Below, one piece after another: positions 9,336 to 21,877 of a DNA stretch of 64,000 nucleotides. Numbering within the stretch: position 1 is the stretch's first letter; the number at the start of each line of letters is the position of its first letter. The stretch is taken from NCBI GenBank assembly GCA_002269645.1, contig NIVC01001113.1:292077-356076 (forward strand). The letters are read 5' to 3'. The notes below the pieces were generated by a model that saw only the letters and a list, made by a program, of their open reading frames with translations, was not told the origin of the DNA and made no database searches. Both the position numbers and the translations under genes were made by a program. Source of the DNA: Macrostomum lignano. Lineage: Eukaryota.

Positions 9336-10628
9336 CGAGGGGCACTATTAAAGTTCTGAGCCTGACCAAGATCTTATAGTGGCAAAGTGTTGAAACTTTA
9401 GGCTCTAAAAGCGCCATATGTTAATAGTCTATTGTCAACTTTTCAGAATTTTCTGCATTCCCTAAGTCCCACTGCACCATTTTATTTCCAGCACCCTATG
9501 GCATTTTCTCAAGAATTGAAGCTTGAGCACAGGGCAGTGATTAAATTTCTGACTCGGGAGGGCTCAAAGCCTGCTGAAATTCAAAGCCGCATGGCTAGTG
9601 TGTACGCTGACGCTGCCCCCTCATACGCCACCATAAAGCGCTGGGCAGCCGAGTTCAAGCGTGGCCGCGACTCGCTCGAAGATGACCCCCGATGTGGACG
9701 ACCCCGGACTGCTGTCACTGCCGACAACATCCAGCGCATCCAGGCTCTGGTTGACAGTGACCAGCGGGTGAAAGTTAGGGAACTTGCGGCAGACACTGGA
9801 CTCTCTGACCCGCAAGTCATTGAGATCCTGCACCAGCATCTTCATCTGTCCAAGGTTTCTGCCAGATGGATCCCACGAATCTTGACAAGGGACCAAAAGA
9901 CCGCACGGGTGCAGTACTCAAAGCTTGTCCTGGACTCCTACGATCCGGACCCTGCCAACTTTCTGTCCTGCTGCGTGACCGGGGATGAGACGTGGATCCA
10001 TCACCACGATCCCGAGTCCAAGCAGGAGTCCAAGCAGTGGCTGCCAGTTGGTTCACCTGCACCACTGAAGGCACGGACTGCATGCAGTGCGGGCAAGATT
10101 ATGCTCACCGTCTTCTGGGATGCCAAGGGCCCGCTGCTGCTGGACTTTCTACCGCACAAGCAGACAGTCACAGGCGCCTACTACGCTGACCTGATCGCCC
10201 GTCTGCGCGAGGCAATCAAGGAAAATAGGCGAGGGATGCTGAGCCGAGGTGTTGTGCTGCTGCACGACAATGCACCGGCCCACACTAGCAGGATTGCCAA
10301 GGCTGCTGTCAGTGTCGCAGGGTTTCGAGAGCTGCCGCACCCAGCCTATTCACCAGACCTGGCCCCGAGCAACTTCCACCTGTTTCCACATCTCAAGCGG
10401 GCGCTCCGTGGACAGCGATTTGACACTGATGATGCACTGAAGGATGCTGCAACTGCTTGGTTTGAGGGCTGCTCGGTGCAATTCTTCCAGAGTGGCATTG
10501 AGGCGCTGCGATCAAGATGCCATAAGTGCATCTTGGTTGGGGGAGACTATGTTGAGAAAAGCTGATCTCACTTTGCCCATATCTCCTCTCTTTCATATTA
10601 AGGCTCAGAACTTTAATAGTGCCCCTCG
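9336..10628 (+). mobile_element. Full-length mariner transposon (1293 bp)
   Basis: Perfect 28-bp TIRs cgaggggcactattaaagttctgagcct (9336-9363 and 10601-10628), TA on both sides, single transposase ORF. Confidence 0.97.
9498..10565 (+). CDS. Mariner transposase with DD34N triad
   Basis: MAFSQELKLEHRAVIKFL...WIPR...TGDETW...HDNAPAH...YSPDLAPSNFHLF; ATG at 9498 within ORF 9432-10565. Confidence 0.93.
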   Translation: MAFSQELKLEHRAVIKFLTREGSKPAEIQSRMASVYADAAPSYATIKRWAAEFKRGRDSLEDDPRCGRPRTAVTADNIQRIQALVDSDQRVKVRELAADTGLSDPQVIEILHQHLHLSKVSARWIPRILTRDQKTARVQYSKLVLDSYDPDPANFLSCCVTGDETWIHHHDPESKQESKQWLPVGSPAPLKARTACSAGKIMLTVFWDAKGPLLLDFLPHKQTVTGAYYADLIARLREAIKENRRGMLSRGVVLLHDNAPAHTSRIAKAAVSVAGFRELPHPAYSPDLAPSNFHLFPHLKRALRGQRFDTDDALKDAATAWFEGCSVQFFQSGIEALRSRCHKCILVGGDYVEKS

Positions 10629-10974
10629 TACTAGCGACCAAATCATCCGACCAAATCGTCCGAGTTTTGGTTTTGGTTTTGGATTTTGGCAACCAATAGG
10701 AGTGAGTCGCATAAGCTAAAAATTATTTTTTAGCTTATATACCATATATATATAACTACTTCATTCGCCGACAGGTAGACATAGAACGAGCGTGCTTCTA
10801 ACTACTCAACCACTACTCAGCCATTGCTTTATTTTTTATTATGCCCTCTGCTCACCAATTACGAAAACTATTTGCCGAAGCAAATTACAAGCTAGGGCAG
10901 ATTAAAAGAAGAATTAATCAGCTGTACCCAATAACCATTTTTCTGATATGGCGCAAATCGAAAACGCCTTATCG

Positions 10975-12215
10975 ATAAAGCTTACGCCCGGCGACCTGGC
11001 CAGGCCTTTGTGGACGTGAATATCCATGTCCACAAGTGCGTTAAAAAGGACGCACAAACACAGGTCGCCGAGTGCGACATCGACGGTGGCCACTCAGTGG
11101 CCATGCAAACCGCCGAACAAGACAAAGAATGGGGACGCGTGTTAACCCCTAAAAAGACTCCATGGGACGGAGGCCCCTACAAGACCTCCGCGACCAGCCA
11201 GCCGTGGCCCACGTCACACGGCTACCACCAATATTTATGGTCCAAAGGCACCCGCCCAGAGGGCGAGGAAGACTACAATAATTAAAGCTGCCTCTCTATA
11301 ACACTGAAAAACTTTGACACAACTATTTATAGACCTCTGCTAGCACATCCTTCTCTACCTCTAATACAACGTTTTACTGCCATTTGCAGATTTCTAACAT
11401 CTTATATCTTACTATAACAGGAAACACATCGATAATAGATGAATCAAATCCTTGTTAGCACAAGGATTTCGAAAAAAGGGGGAATCATATAGGAGTTAGA
11501 AATATGGTTTTAACCTTTAAGTTAGAAAATAGGTAGAAATTTATGAAAAGTCCAGGCGCAGTGAAAGGCGAGGCAGAAAAGCACAATAGAGCCTCTAGTT
11601 ACTTATGAGAACAGCAAACTGAAGCAGCCCTAAGATAATAATTAGCTGTCAATCAATTTGAATAGCTGAATCTAATTAAGTCTTTTTCCATTCCAGTCAG
11701 TAGCGACACCCCGCAGCAGGAACAAGGGCGATTAAACTGGCTGGGAGAAGTAGCTCAGCTTAGAGAACAACGCGGCACGCGGCATCTTCTGGAGCACCCT
11801 GGGGGAGAAACGTGAGGCCCACCTACAGACTCCCATCCAACCTGAAGTGGCCCAAGAAGGCGAGATCAACCCCAAGCTGCCTGACAACCGATAGAAACAG
11901 AGGACTGTTTAATAATCTATGGACAGAGTTTAGAGACGGAAAACTAAGCACTTTTCCTATAATCTTTCTATCCCAAATTTTATCCAACTCTCTTCGATAC
12001 TCTTCGATACAGTTATTTGTCTTAATTGTTACGCAGAGCATATCCGAGAAAGAGTCAAACTCAGCTTAGATACTAGGAGTTCCCGTCAGTTTATACGGTT
12101 TTCTCTGACGGCCTGATTGGAGAGATTAGAGTTGTAAGAACCTTAGACCGCTAGACATCTATCTTAAGAAAGTGAGAACACAAACTCAAAGGCCCCAGAG
12201 AAAAACGCGTATACA
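10975..12215 (+). repeat. LTR copy 1 (partial; about 300 bp deleted relative to copy 2)
   Basis: Direct repeat of 37628-39019; ends ...GCGTATACA; lacks the segment of roughly 38510-38810 that contains the TATA box. Confidence 0.8.
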
Positions 12216-13699
12216 GCCCTCCCCTCCCTTCCCGCTCCTTTAATGGGGGGGGGGGGTTACGTCGCGCAATTTTAGCGGCTTCTAACTCGGTCCACCCCTT
12301 CCCCTCAACCAACCCCAACCCTCCATAATCCACCACACGATCGCTCGTCCCTATGAGTAATTTATTTTAATATAATATCCTACCGACAGCAGTCCGGAAA
12401 ATTTTTTAGTCTTGTCTTAACAATCACATTGTACTCCAACTGAGAGTATGGATAAATCCGCCGGAATGAAAGAATTAGCTGAGCGTCACGTGAGAGATGG
12501 TAAGCAAATATTGCTCTTTATGTTTATTAACAAGCTGATCGGGTAGTAATGGCCTGCGTCTACTCTCTTTGCAGCGTTCAAAAACGGGGTGTTTGCGCGG
12601 CCACCTCCAGGGTACATGTACCCCAAGAATGTTACAGTTTCCGGCGGCGAATACGCCCTGACTGTACAAGCCCTAGGTGCTGGCTGGTACCGATTTTTCT
12701 TCCGTGAGAAGGAGTCGGGAAGACTCACTAATGTTGACTATTGTGATTTAACTAAGGATGCCTGACTGCTTTTTTCTCTGCTTACAATACATAGCAACAC
12801 TTAAAATTACCAGGCTTTTTTTTCCGGGTGTGATCGGTTTGTCGATCAGTGACTGAGAATTGAAAACTGATTATTTCTTTTGGCGTATTATATTTTAGTT
12901 CGTTAAATTTAAGTATACTAAGTTTTGGAACAAGTGAAAATACAAAGAACGGGAACAGTGGGCGAAGAACTGCAGAAAATATATAAGTTTTATAACGAAA
13001 ATTGGATACTGAAGCATTCAATTAAGACAGCTTCGTGGCTTACGAATGTTATAAATGCAAAATATAAACGTATAACAGAGTTGAGATATTTAAGCGCCTA
13101 CTACTGTTTTAAGCTAGCAACTTGTTGTTAGTTCTTTGAAGTATATGTATATTTTTGGTTGGTAAAATTCAAATACGTTTTAATATTGAAAAATGGGAGT
13201 TTGTATTGTTTGTATTTCTCAATGGTCTTTTCTCAGAAATTCTCAAAAAATCTCACACTAACTTTCAATGCTTTATAGGACAAGACAGAACTCAAAATTT
13301 TGAATTAAGTCAACTTTGCTCAGTTCGTGCTACAGGTACTAGGGGTCGCTTATGTGCAATTTCTGCTTCGTCTTCTTCTACAAGTGCTGCCGAAAGATCC
13401 GAAAATATCCACCACTGAAAGATATTTGAGCTCACATATCATTGACAATATTATTACTCAACTACATAGATACTTTACCTACTGAAGACACTCTTGGAAT
13501 TGTTTTGGTTTACAGTGCAAAGATTATTCATCTAGCTAGACGCCTTGGAATGCAAGATGATTCTGCCGAAGATGAAATGTAAACAGTATCATCTGATTCT
13601 GATTCTCATTCGAGCCAAGAACAGGGGCATCAGAGAAGGTCGCCAAGGACAATACCTGGCCAGTTTCAAATACTCATCCATAGCTTAATAGCTCACAAG

Positions 13700-14114
13700 A
13701 CTGAATTCGCCGCCTACAAGCTTAAAAGTCCTGTTTCATTCTGGGCTTTTTTCTTGAAGTACAGACAGTTGAATGGATGCCTAGAATAAAAAACTAATTC
13801 AGGTCGTGCTAACTTTGCATATTTTTTCAGTTGATGCAGAACGAGGATTTTCTATCTATAAACATATAGCATATGATAGAAGAATACGGTTAACATCTGC
13901 CAACATTGAGCATCTATTACGAATTAGCATTAATGGTCCTCCACTGGGCAATATTATACCGGACATTTATGTAAATAACTGGATAAAGAGTCACTGGGCA
14001 TCAGATGCTCCTGGTGGAAGAGATCGAGAATACTTAAAGGACGAAACGTCTCCCAGCGACGCCTACTGGACATGGGGCGGTACTCGTACTACGCGCAAGA
14101 AAACCGCCAGATGA
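13700..14114 (+). pseudogene. hAT transposase C-terminal dimerisation domain remnant (ZNF862-like)
   Basis: SVDAERGFSIYKHIAYDRRIRLTSANIEHLLRISINGP matches the hATC consensus SxxxERxFS...RxRL...LLxIxxNGP. Confidence 0.8.
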
Positions 14115-16039
14115 CACCGGAGGTCACCAATACCTCCTAGAGGCAACAGTATACGTCCCTCCAACCGCTCATATGGCCGTTGGCGGTGTTGGCATCCCGT
14201 GCTCAGCGCCTGGTACAACAGTTCTTACAAGAAGTGTTCTAAACACCTAACGCTCTTACTTTAATTAATTCCAGTTATCTACAACACGACAATTACGCTA
14301 ATGTTATTACTGTATAAAAATGCGTGTATCTTTCAATAAAAAGCCATTACCAATGTGACATTTCAAACAACCCACGATTTTTCTTTTTGTGACAAATGTA
14401 TTGTAAATTCCAGACAAATTTTTCGTAAGGAGAGATATTGTAAAGATCTCTAAGCATGGTAGCCTACTAGAAATAGTAAGATAAAAAATTACGAATGCAA
14501 ACTTAACATAGCATGCGTCGTACTCTATTTTAGTAATACCTGTAATAACACGAAAACAGTGAGTGACCATTCCATAATTCGAAAAAACCAGTTTTCAACC
14601 TATATTTTCAAATAAGGTATCCTTAAGGTACCCTTTTGAAAGGGTGAAAGGGTTTCACCCTTTGTAAGTTGAAACTTTAACTTAAGTTTCACCCTTTTCT
14701 ATTTAAAACCCCACCGGTCAAAGGACAAAGTCCATTTCTTTAATATTATTAAATAATAAAGATAATATTAATATTAGTAAAATCAAAAAACGGTTTGGGG
14801 CTCAAGGTAAAAACGGCAAATCGGTAAAAAATATTTTTGGGTGATTTTTCACGCAAAAAAGTGCTAAACTTGGTCATCGTGCAAAAACCGGACTTTGGAA
14901 GATTTTTGGAATTCATCTCGCATCAAGTCATGTGCGCTTTGTCAAATTTTAGAGAGCTACCAAAACCATACCGTAATGGGTTACGTTAATTAATATTCTA
15001 AGAAAACACTATTTATATCTGCAACCTAAGAATCATGCGCAAATTGTGACTCAGAACCCTACGTAGAATGAACGTTTGTTTGTTCAAGGAACAGGATTTC
15101 AGCAGCTGTTTGCTTAACTCCATATATAGTAATGCTTAAACTTTTATGACCTCTTACTTATATACGCATGACCTAAGTAATTATCCGATTTTAACATATA
15201 TGTGCAACCTCAAAAATTCGGTGGCTTTAACAAAAATGCGACGTTTTTGGCCAAAAATGCGACTTACCTATAGTTCAGTACAACTGTGTAAAAAGACAGT
15301 TTCTTTTGAAGTTTCGCTTATCAAGGAGTGTAGGACTAGGATAGGCATTTCAGTGAGCGTCACGGAAGTAGTCCAAATCGGAAAAAGTATTTTTGATAGC
15401 AAGAGAGAAGGCATTTAGAAAATAAGTTATCGAGAAACGAAATATACATTAGAAAGGAAATCATTTCTACTTTAATATAAGACCACCGGCACGTTGATAC
15501 GCTTCATAGCCAGAGCTATGAAGTGTGAAAGATATGTGAAAGTTTGCGGCAAATTTCAAATTTGTGATTTCGGAAAAAACATGACTCGTAACTAGACTTG
15601 AATTGTAAGAAAACAGAAGGCTCTTTCATTAAAATTCAAACGTCAAACGATAAATAGATGCCCGCCTTCGTTTGTAGGCAGGTTTGGGGGGGTTAGGGTT
15701 ACGCTTATACTAATACTAGGATACTATTCTAAGGTTACTATTCTAACTAACTATCAAGCCAATTTTGACCATGACCCTCCCTACCGTATTTGTAAACCAC
15801 GTTGCGCTAGAACATTACACTTGACATTGAGTGTTTTAGGCATGATTGTACAGTAAGTAGAATGCATGAGGGGGCTTCTGGGACAAAATTTTTCACCTCC
15901 TCCATAATCCACCTAAGTTCTAAAAATAAAACCCATGCCATGCGCTCCACATGTGCTTTCCATTCTCCTTCCGCTTTGGCAACCCCAATCAACCATTAAT
16001 AGAAAATACTGCCTATAAATAGAAAATCTGCGGGTTTCC

Positions 16040-16120
16040 CTTCTAGAATTCAAATTCTAGAAAATTCTAGAATAAAAAGAAAATCCATGGATTCCCGAGC
16101 CCACACCAATGGTATATATA
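16040..16120 (+). promoter_or_regulatory. Putative heat-shock-element promoter (HSE, CCAAT, TATA)
   Basis: aTTCt-aGAAa-aTTCt-aGAAt at 16054-16073 (four perfect inverted nGAAn units), cTTCt-aGAAt at 16040, CCAAT at 16106, TATATATA at 16113, ATG at 16203. Confidence 0.5.
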
Positions 16121-16202
16121 CAGCCGATTCACACCGCCCCTCGCCTCACCCTGCCTGCTCCACCTCGCCCTTGCTAAACCTCACTCGAATTTTTTTAATC
16201 TA

Positions 16203-17186
16203 ATGGCTTCCAAGACGCCAAGTAAAATTCTAAATAAAATTAAAAACATCAATACAAAGGACACAACCAGCACAGCAATCACCATCTCGGCAATGACCGA
16301 GGAAGAATAAGCTGCATTATTGAAAAGCCTTGAAAAGATTGATGAGCAATCTTCTAAGAAGGAAAGATCCGAGGAGGCCAAGCGCGTTGATGTCGAGAAT
16401 GAAAGAAGAGACGTACGGTTCATAGCAAGGTTAAAGGAAACGATGAACAACATAAGAAAGGAAGAAATTGTGATCCAGACAAGGTAAGTCTTTTGCTTAT
16501 TATTCTCTACCATTTTTTAGTGAAACACATTGACAAAATTTCTCATAAATCTTGATATGGTGATTTAAACGTGATCAAACATGATTATAGACAGATTTGA
16601 CATTAGATTAGAGATTTATGCAAGCAAACCTTTGATCTAATTTACATTATGATTGCATATTATTTCTTTTTAGATTTAACAACGCCAGGGAGTTGTGCAC
16701 GGCCGATGTGCCAGCGATGAAGAGAGCATGCGCACGCAATACATCAATCTGGACTTCTTTATCGCAGAGGTTGAAGTTCTGGGGTGTCTAGCGAAGAAAA
16801 AACAAGCGGAAGTATTTGCAAAGTACAAGAACAAGTTTGGTCTAACAACGGAAGAGACAGCCAGACGCTTGGATACTCCGGATAAATTTGGTCAGCGGCT
16901 TTTCACATTTCATGGTTTATTAACCAAATTTCCTAACATCTTGTTCTCCGGCTACAGCATGGAGACATTGCTTACTTTCAAAAAGACTATCGAGAAGGAA
17001 GCATTCAACGACGAAAACTTCCGATGCAAGCTAGAAACGGAGTTCACAATAATATGGGAAGGTGAAGACGAAGACGAAAGAAGCCTGTTGGAAGAGACAG
17101 AGGAGAAGATGGAGACATCTGCTTACACAGTGAAGAGGAAGGAAGACGATGGACAATATGAAGGTGACTCTGAAAAAATACTATAA
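16203..17186 (+). pseudogene. Two-exon viral gene of unknown function (exon 1 16203-16483, intron 16484-16673, exon 2 16674-17186)
   Basis: MASKTPSKIL... aligns with MASSTPIHSQ...; GTAAGT donor and TTCTTTTTAG acceptor; premature TAA in exon 1; 1-bp frameshift near 16710. Confidence 0.65.
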
Positions 17187-17375
17187 GTAACAAATATTTC
17201 CAGAAAATTCTGGACGGTCCAGAATTGAATGTAGTTTAGATTCAAGCCTACTATAAGTAACAAATATTTCCAGAAAATTCTGGACGGTCCAGAATTGAAT
17301 GTAGCTTAGATTCAAGCCTACTATAAGTAAAAAATATTTCCTGAAAATTCTGGACGGTCCAGAATTACATAGGTA
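17181..17375. repeat. 70-bp tandem repeat (about 2.7 units) with TCCAGAAAATTCTGGA inverted motifs
   Basis: ctataagtaa starts at 17181, 17251 and 17321. Confidence 0.9.
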
Positions 17376-17676
17376 ATCATACACCTTAGAACCTATAGTT
17401 ATTAACTTATCCATTTTATAACTTTAAAATGCATTGTTAATAAATAGTAATAATTTATTAATTTATTAATTTATTATTTCAATAATTAAAAATTCAACTT
17501 CATGTATTAAATGGAATGTATTGCTTTTAATGATTAAATATAATGAACTTAAACTAATAATAGTTTTCTTAAACACTAATAAATTTCAACTGCCTTTCAT
17601 TTTATTTTGTTTTTGTGAAATTAGTGCTGTTTTGTAAAATTTAATATCGATGAGTTTTTTTTAAATCCTTCCCAAC

Positions 17677-18171
17677 TCAAGCGCCTCTCTCAACCCCCAG
17701 CTCTTTCAGCAGTCTTCCCAATTCATTGTTAGGAACGCACAAAATAAACCCTGCTCCTTCGCCCTCTCTCCCCACGCACCCACCTTCTCTCCTCAAACAC
17801 CCGCCCTCGGCGTACATCCCCAACCCCAATTTTGTCTTACCAAAAATAACCGCCTTGACTAATTTCCTAGCAATCGACTCACGAAATCCGCTTGAAGTCC
17901 CTATATTGTCTAATCTCCTAAGCATTTCTTTGTCCCAGCGATTCTTCTCCTCAGAAAAATCTCTATATTTAACGTCGTGCCACATGCAGACAGAGTCCAG
18001 CCCGCTCACAGGCTCATGCCCAGGATTTGGGTTGTTGTTTCCATCCAGCTGTATTTCAAGTGGATTCAAAGGCCCGCAATATTTATAGCCGGGAAGTGTC
18101 CAGCCTTTGTTTGGATGAGGAAGCTTTTCTATCAGTCCATGTGAGTCTAAGTTACCGCCAGAGCGTTGCAT
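17677..18171 (-). CDS. Parvovirus-type phospholipase A2 domain protein (PLA2X-like), copy B
   Basis: ATG at 18171 (MQRSGGNLDSH); PGYKYCGPLN and LDSVCMWHDVKY motifs. Confidence 0.85.
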   Translation of the reverse strand: MQRSGGNLDSHGLIEKLPHPNKGWTLPGYKYCGPLNPLEIQLDGNNNPNPGHEPVSGLDSVCMWHDVKYRDFSEEKNRWDKEMLRRLDNIGTSSGFRESIARKLVKAVIFGKTKLGLGMYAEGGCLRREGGCVGREGEGAGFILCVPNNELGRLLKELGVERGA

Positions 18172-18201
18172 TTTTTTATTTAAAATTTTCTTTTTAAAAA
18201 A

Positions 18202-18984
18202 ATGACAGATCAGAAACTTAAAAAACTCTACTACAGCGACAAAGGATTCTTTGTAGGCAAAAATGCCGTTAGTAAACTCATGGAGTTGAGTAAAGAGCCA
18301 AAAGCTACAGTAGAAAAATGGCTCTCTAAGCAGGCTGTCTTTCAAGTCTATTTCCCACCAGTAAAATGTGAAAGGCCCCATTTCAGTATTTATAAACCTA
18401 ATGAGGCGCACCAAGCAGATCTTCTGTTTCTCCCCAATGACTCAGGCTACAAGTGTGCTCTCACAATTACAGACATTGCTTCCAGATATAAGGAAGCTCG
18501 CCCACTCAAGACGAAGAAGTCAGAGGTTGTTGCAGCCGCACTCCAAGATACTCGTATTTATAAAAACTCTCCGCTCACATACCCCCAAACCTTTATGACC
18601 GACCCGGGTAAGGAATTCATGGGTGCAGTCAAATCCCTTATGGAAAAGCACAATACGGAAATTCGCTACGGAAGAACAGACCTGCACAGGGACCAAGCGT
18701 ACGTTGAGAGATTTAATTTAACTCTAGCCAAGAGACTATTCACTAAGCAGACAGCGCAAGAACTCAAACTGAGTGCGGGGCAGTACTATACCAAGTGGAC
18801 AGAAAGACTCCCCACTGTTATAGAGCAACTGAACAATGAAGTCACACGTATGACTGGATTGAAACCGTCCCATGCAATTAAACAAGACACTGTCGAACTT
18901 AAGGCATCTCATAGAACAGACAACAAGCACAACACACACAACACACACAACACGCACAACACAAAACACACCTCGAACTACCCT
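18202..18984 (+). pseudogene. int: Maverick rve integrase, copy B, 3' end replaced by an insertion
   Basis: HQADLLFL, MTDPGKEF and VERFN give the DDE triad; similarity to copy A stops at 18984. Confidence 0.9.
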
Positions 18985-19380
18985 TGTTGTGCCCGGGTGC
19001 ACTTGCACCGATGGGCAATCTCTGGCTCTCGGTCAAGTGCGCCCGGCACTGCACTCCCACCCCTCCAGGCCGCGTACCTGCGCCCCCCCCCCCCCATTCT
19101 GTTTGTGTCAAACCCCCATTTCTGCCTGCGCTAACCCCCCCCCCCAGTTGTGTATCAGCTCTTATGCTCTACCCCTTTTCTTTATTCGTACCCAGCCGGA
19201 TTGGCTGGTCTGGCCCCTCTTTTCCCCCCTTTGTTAGTCCTTGTCAATTGGTGATTGGCCAATAAGTTGGGTTTTGATAATGCTGTCTGGCGTGAGACCC
19301 TAGGGCTTACGCCAGGAAGTCCAAATAAATAGAGAATTGCTGGCGGTGGGCAGGGCGAGCGCGCTTGTTGACGCCTGACA
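18985..19380 (+). mobile_element. Putative solo LTR (396 bp) joining truncated integrase to truncated PolB
   Basis: Begins TGT exactly where homology with copy A ends and ends ...TGACA; contains GATTGGCCAAT and AATAAA; no TSD. Confidence 0.45.
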
Positions 19381-19399
19381 CTAGACTACTCTTCAGAAC

Positions 19400-21767
19400 C
19401 TACAAACTTCAACAGCAAGAATCTCAGTTCTACAAATTGACGAATTCGCTGCCTTGCCCATCGTCGAGCAGATTGGAAATCAAAGTAAGACCTACGCCTA
19501 CAAAAAGAGATTAGCACCCTTCAACCTGTTCCAATAATTATGACTGAGGAGGATGAAAGCAATTTCCTATCAGCAACTCATTGCCACATCTGCAGGAAAC
19601 AGTTAACTTGCACTGATATTAAAAACCCCACCGTTAGGGACCACTGTCACTTTACTGGGAAATTTAGAGGTGCAGCGCATAACACCCGTAATCTAAAGCT
19701 AAAATCGAACATTCATGATCTAACGATATTTTGTTACAACGCAAAGAACTATGACATGCATTTAATAGTTGAAAAAATCGGCATGATTCCAGACATACAC
19801 CTTGATTGCATCGCAGAGAACAAGGAGAAGTTTAAGTGTGTTGATATTAAACAGGATAATTCGGGTAACAGTAAAGGTAAAATAAGACTGAAGGATTCAT
19901 ATCAATTTCTTGCTGCCAGTCTAGACGAACTAAGCAAGAATCTAAAAGATGAACAATGTACATATACAAAGATGTTTGCAAGTAAAATTAACAACAGTGA
20001 TGAATCATTTAAACTTTTAAGAAAGAAGGGCTTCTACCCCTATGAGAATATTACTGGGTATCATGTATTTGAAGAAGGTTTACCACCACAGGAAAAGTTC
20101 TTTTCAAAGCTAACAGACTCTGGAATCTCTGACAAAGACTATGAGCACGCGAAGCATGTCTATAATTACTTTAATTGTCAAAACTTTTTCCCGTATCACC
20201 TGCTTTACCTCTACACAAATGTGTTTCTGCTGGCCGATGTGTTTGAAACCTTCAGATGCACCTGGTACACAGCATATGGCCTCGATCCAGCACATTATGT
20301 GTCTCTGCCTGCCACTAGCTGGGAATCTTTGCTTAAAATGAAATGGGATCAAGATCCAGATTGGTACATTGAGCTTCTTACAGACATTGACATGTACAAT
20401 TTTGTCGAATCGTCAAAGCGAGGGGGGATCTCAATTTGCGTTAACAGGCATGCAAAAGCAAACAATTCCTACATTGAATCTTCATGTATTTGGAGCAGCC
20501 CTCAAAATACATTACTTACTTGGACGCTAATAATCTCTACGGTTGGGCGATGAGTCAAGATCTTCCAGTTGGAGATTTTAGATGGCTACCCTTATCAGAA
20601 TTCAAATGGGACTTTTCATTGGCTGCCATTTATGAGGTTGATGTTTACATTCCACCAGAGCTTCACGACTATTTCTCTGACTTTCCACCCTTCCCAGAGA
20701 ACATCAAGTGCCCGAAAATAATCGAAACTCCCAATGGAACTTGGCGCCTGTCAGGAACAGAAAAAGAACATACAGAGAAACTAACACAGAATCTAAACAA
20801 CAAGACACGTTACAAAATCCATTACAAACTGCTTCAGTATTTTATCTCACTTGGTTGCAGGGTCACCAAAGTTCACAGGGCTCTTACATTTACAGAGGAA
20901 GCGTGGATGAAACCCTACATTGATAAGAACACCCAGTTTAGGACCAAAGCAACCAACGACTTTGACAAGAACCTCTTTAAGTTGGCCAACAACTCTGTCT
21001 ATGGCAAGACTCTTGAGAATGAGAGGAAAAGAACAAACCTGAAACTTGTTACCTCATCAGAGCCTGCTGTTATTCAAGCAAATATGTCAAAGCCAACATT
21101 CAAAGAACTCCATATCTTTAATAGCTACTTGGGTGTGATCATATTTTACAAAACCAAGGTGACGCTGCGCAAGCCAATCTATACAGGTGTCACTGTTCTC
21201 GGCGAATCAAAACGTCTGATGTACCAATTCTTCTATGGCATGAAGCAGCAGTACAAGGATAAAATGAAACTCTTGTACACTGACACAGACAGTTTTATTA
21301 TGGACATTCAAACAGAAGACATTTATCAGGACATGCTGCAGCAAAAAGATTTGTTTGACTTGTCTGAGTATGATGAATCTTTCAGGACACAGAATGGCGA
21401 TCAAGTGTTTGACGCCACTAACAAGAAAGTGATTGGGAAAATGAAGGACGAGATTGCTGGTGACATAATCACTGAATTCATTGGGTTGAGAGCAAAGTCC
21501 TATTTTGTAAAATGTGAGTCGTCAGACCCAATTAAAAAATAAAAGGGAATTCCGAAACGCGTGGTTAGGAAGGAAATTAATGAAGCTGAATACAGAGACG
21601 CCTTGAATTGCAACAAAAAGACATCACATGAGTTCTCAAAGCTACAATCCAAAAACCATATTATTCACACAATTCAGCAAAAGAATATTGGACTGTCAGG
21701 TGCAGATAACAAGAGATTCATTTTGATGACAATATTAACAGTCTACCGTTCGGGCACTGGAGGTTAG
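19400..21767 (+). pseudogene. polB: Protein-primed DNA polymerase B of element B (5'-truncated, frameshift near 20480, premature stop at 21540)
   Basis: CHIC...RDHCHFTGKFRGAAH zinc-binding insert, YLDANNLYG, FKLANNSVYGKT, YTDTDSF, K*KGIPKRVV. Confidence 0.93.
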
Positions 21768-21877
21768 GTTTAGGAGGTGGAGGTAAGGTTCGGGCACTGG
21801 AGATTAGGTTCGGCCACTGGAGATTAGGTTTAGGTTTAAGAGAAAGTTTAATAAACCTCATAAAAAATGACATAAAA

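Noticed and set aside
14639-14663. 11-bp hairpin aaagggtgaaa-ggg-tttcacccttt
   Set aside because: Short and isolated; no element boundary or gene could be tied to it.
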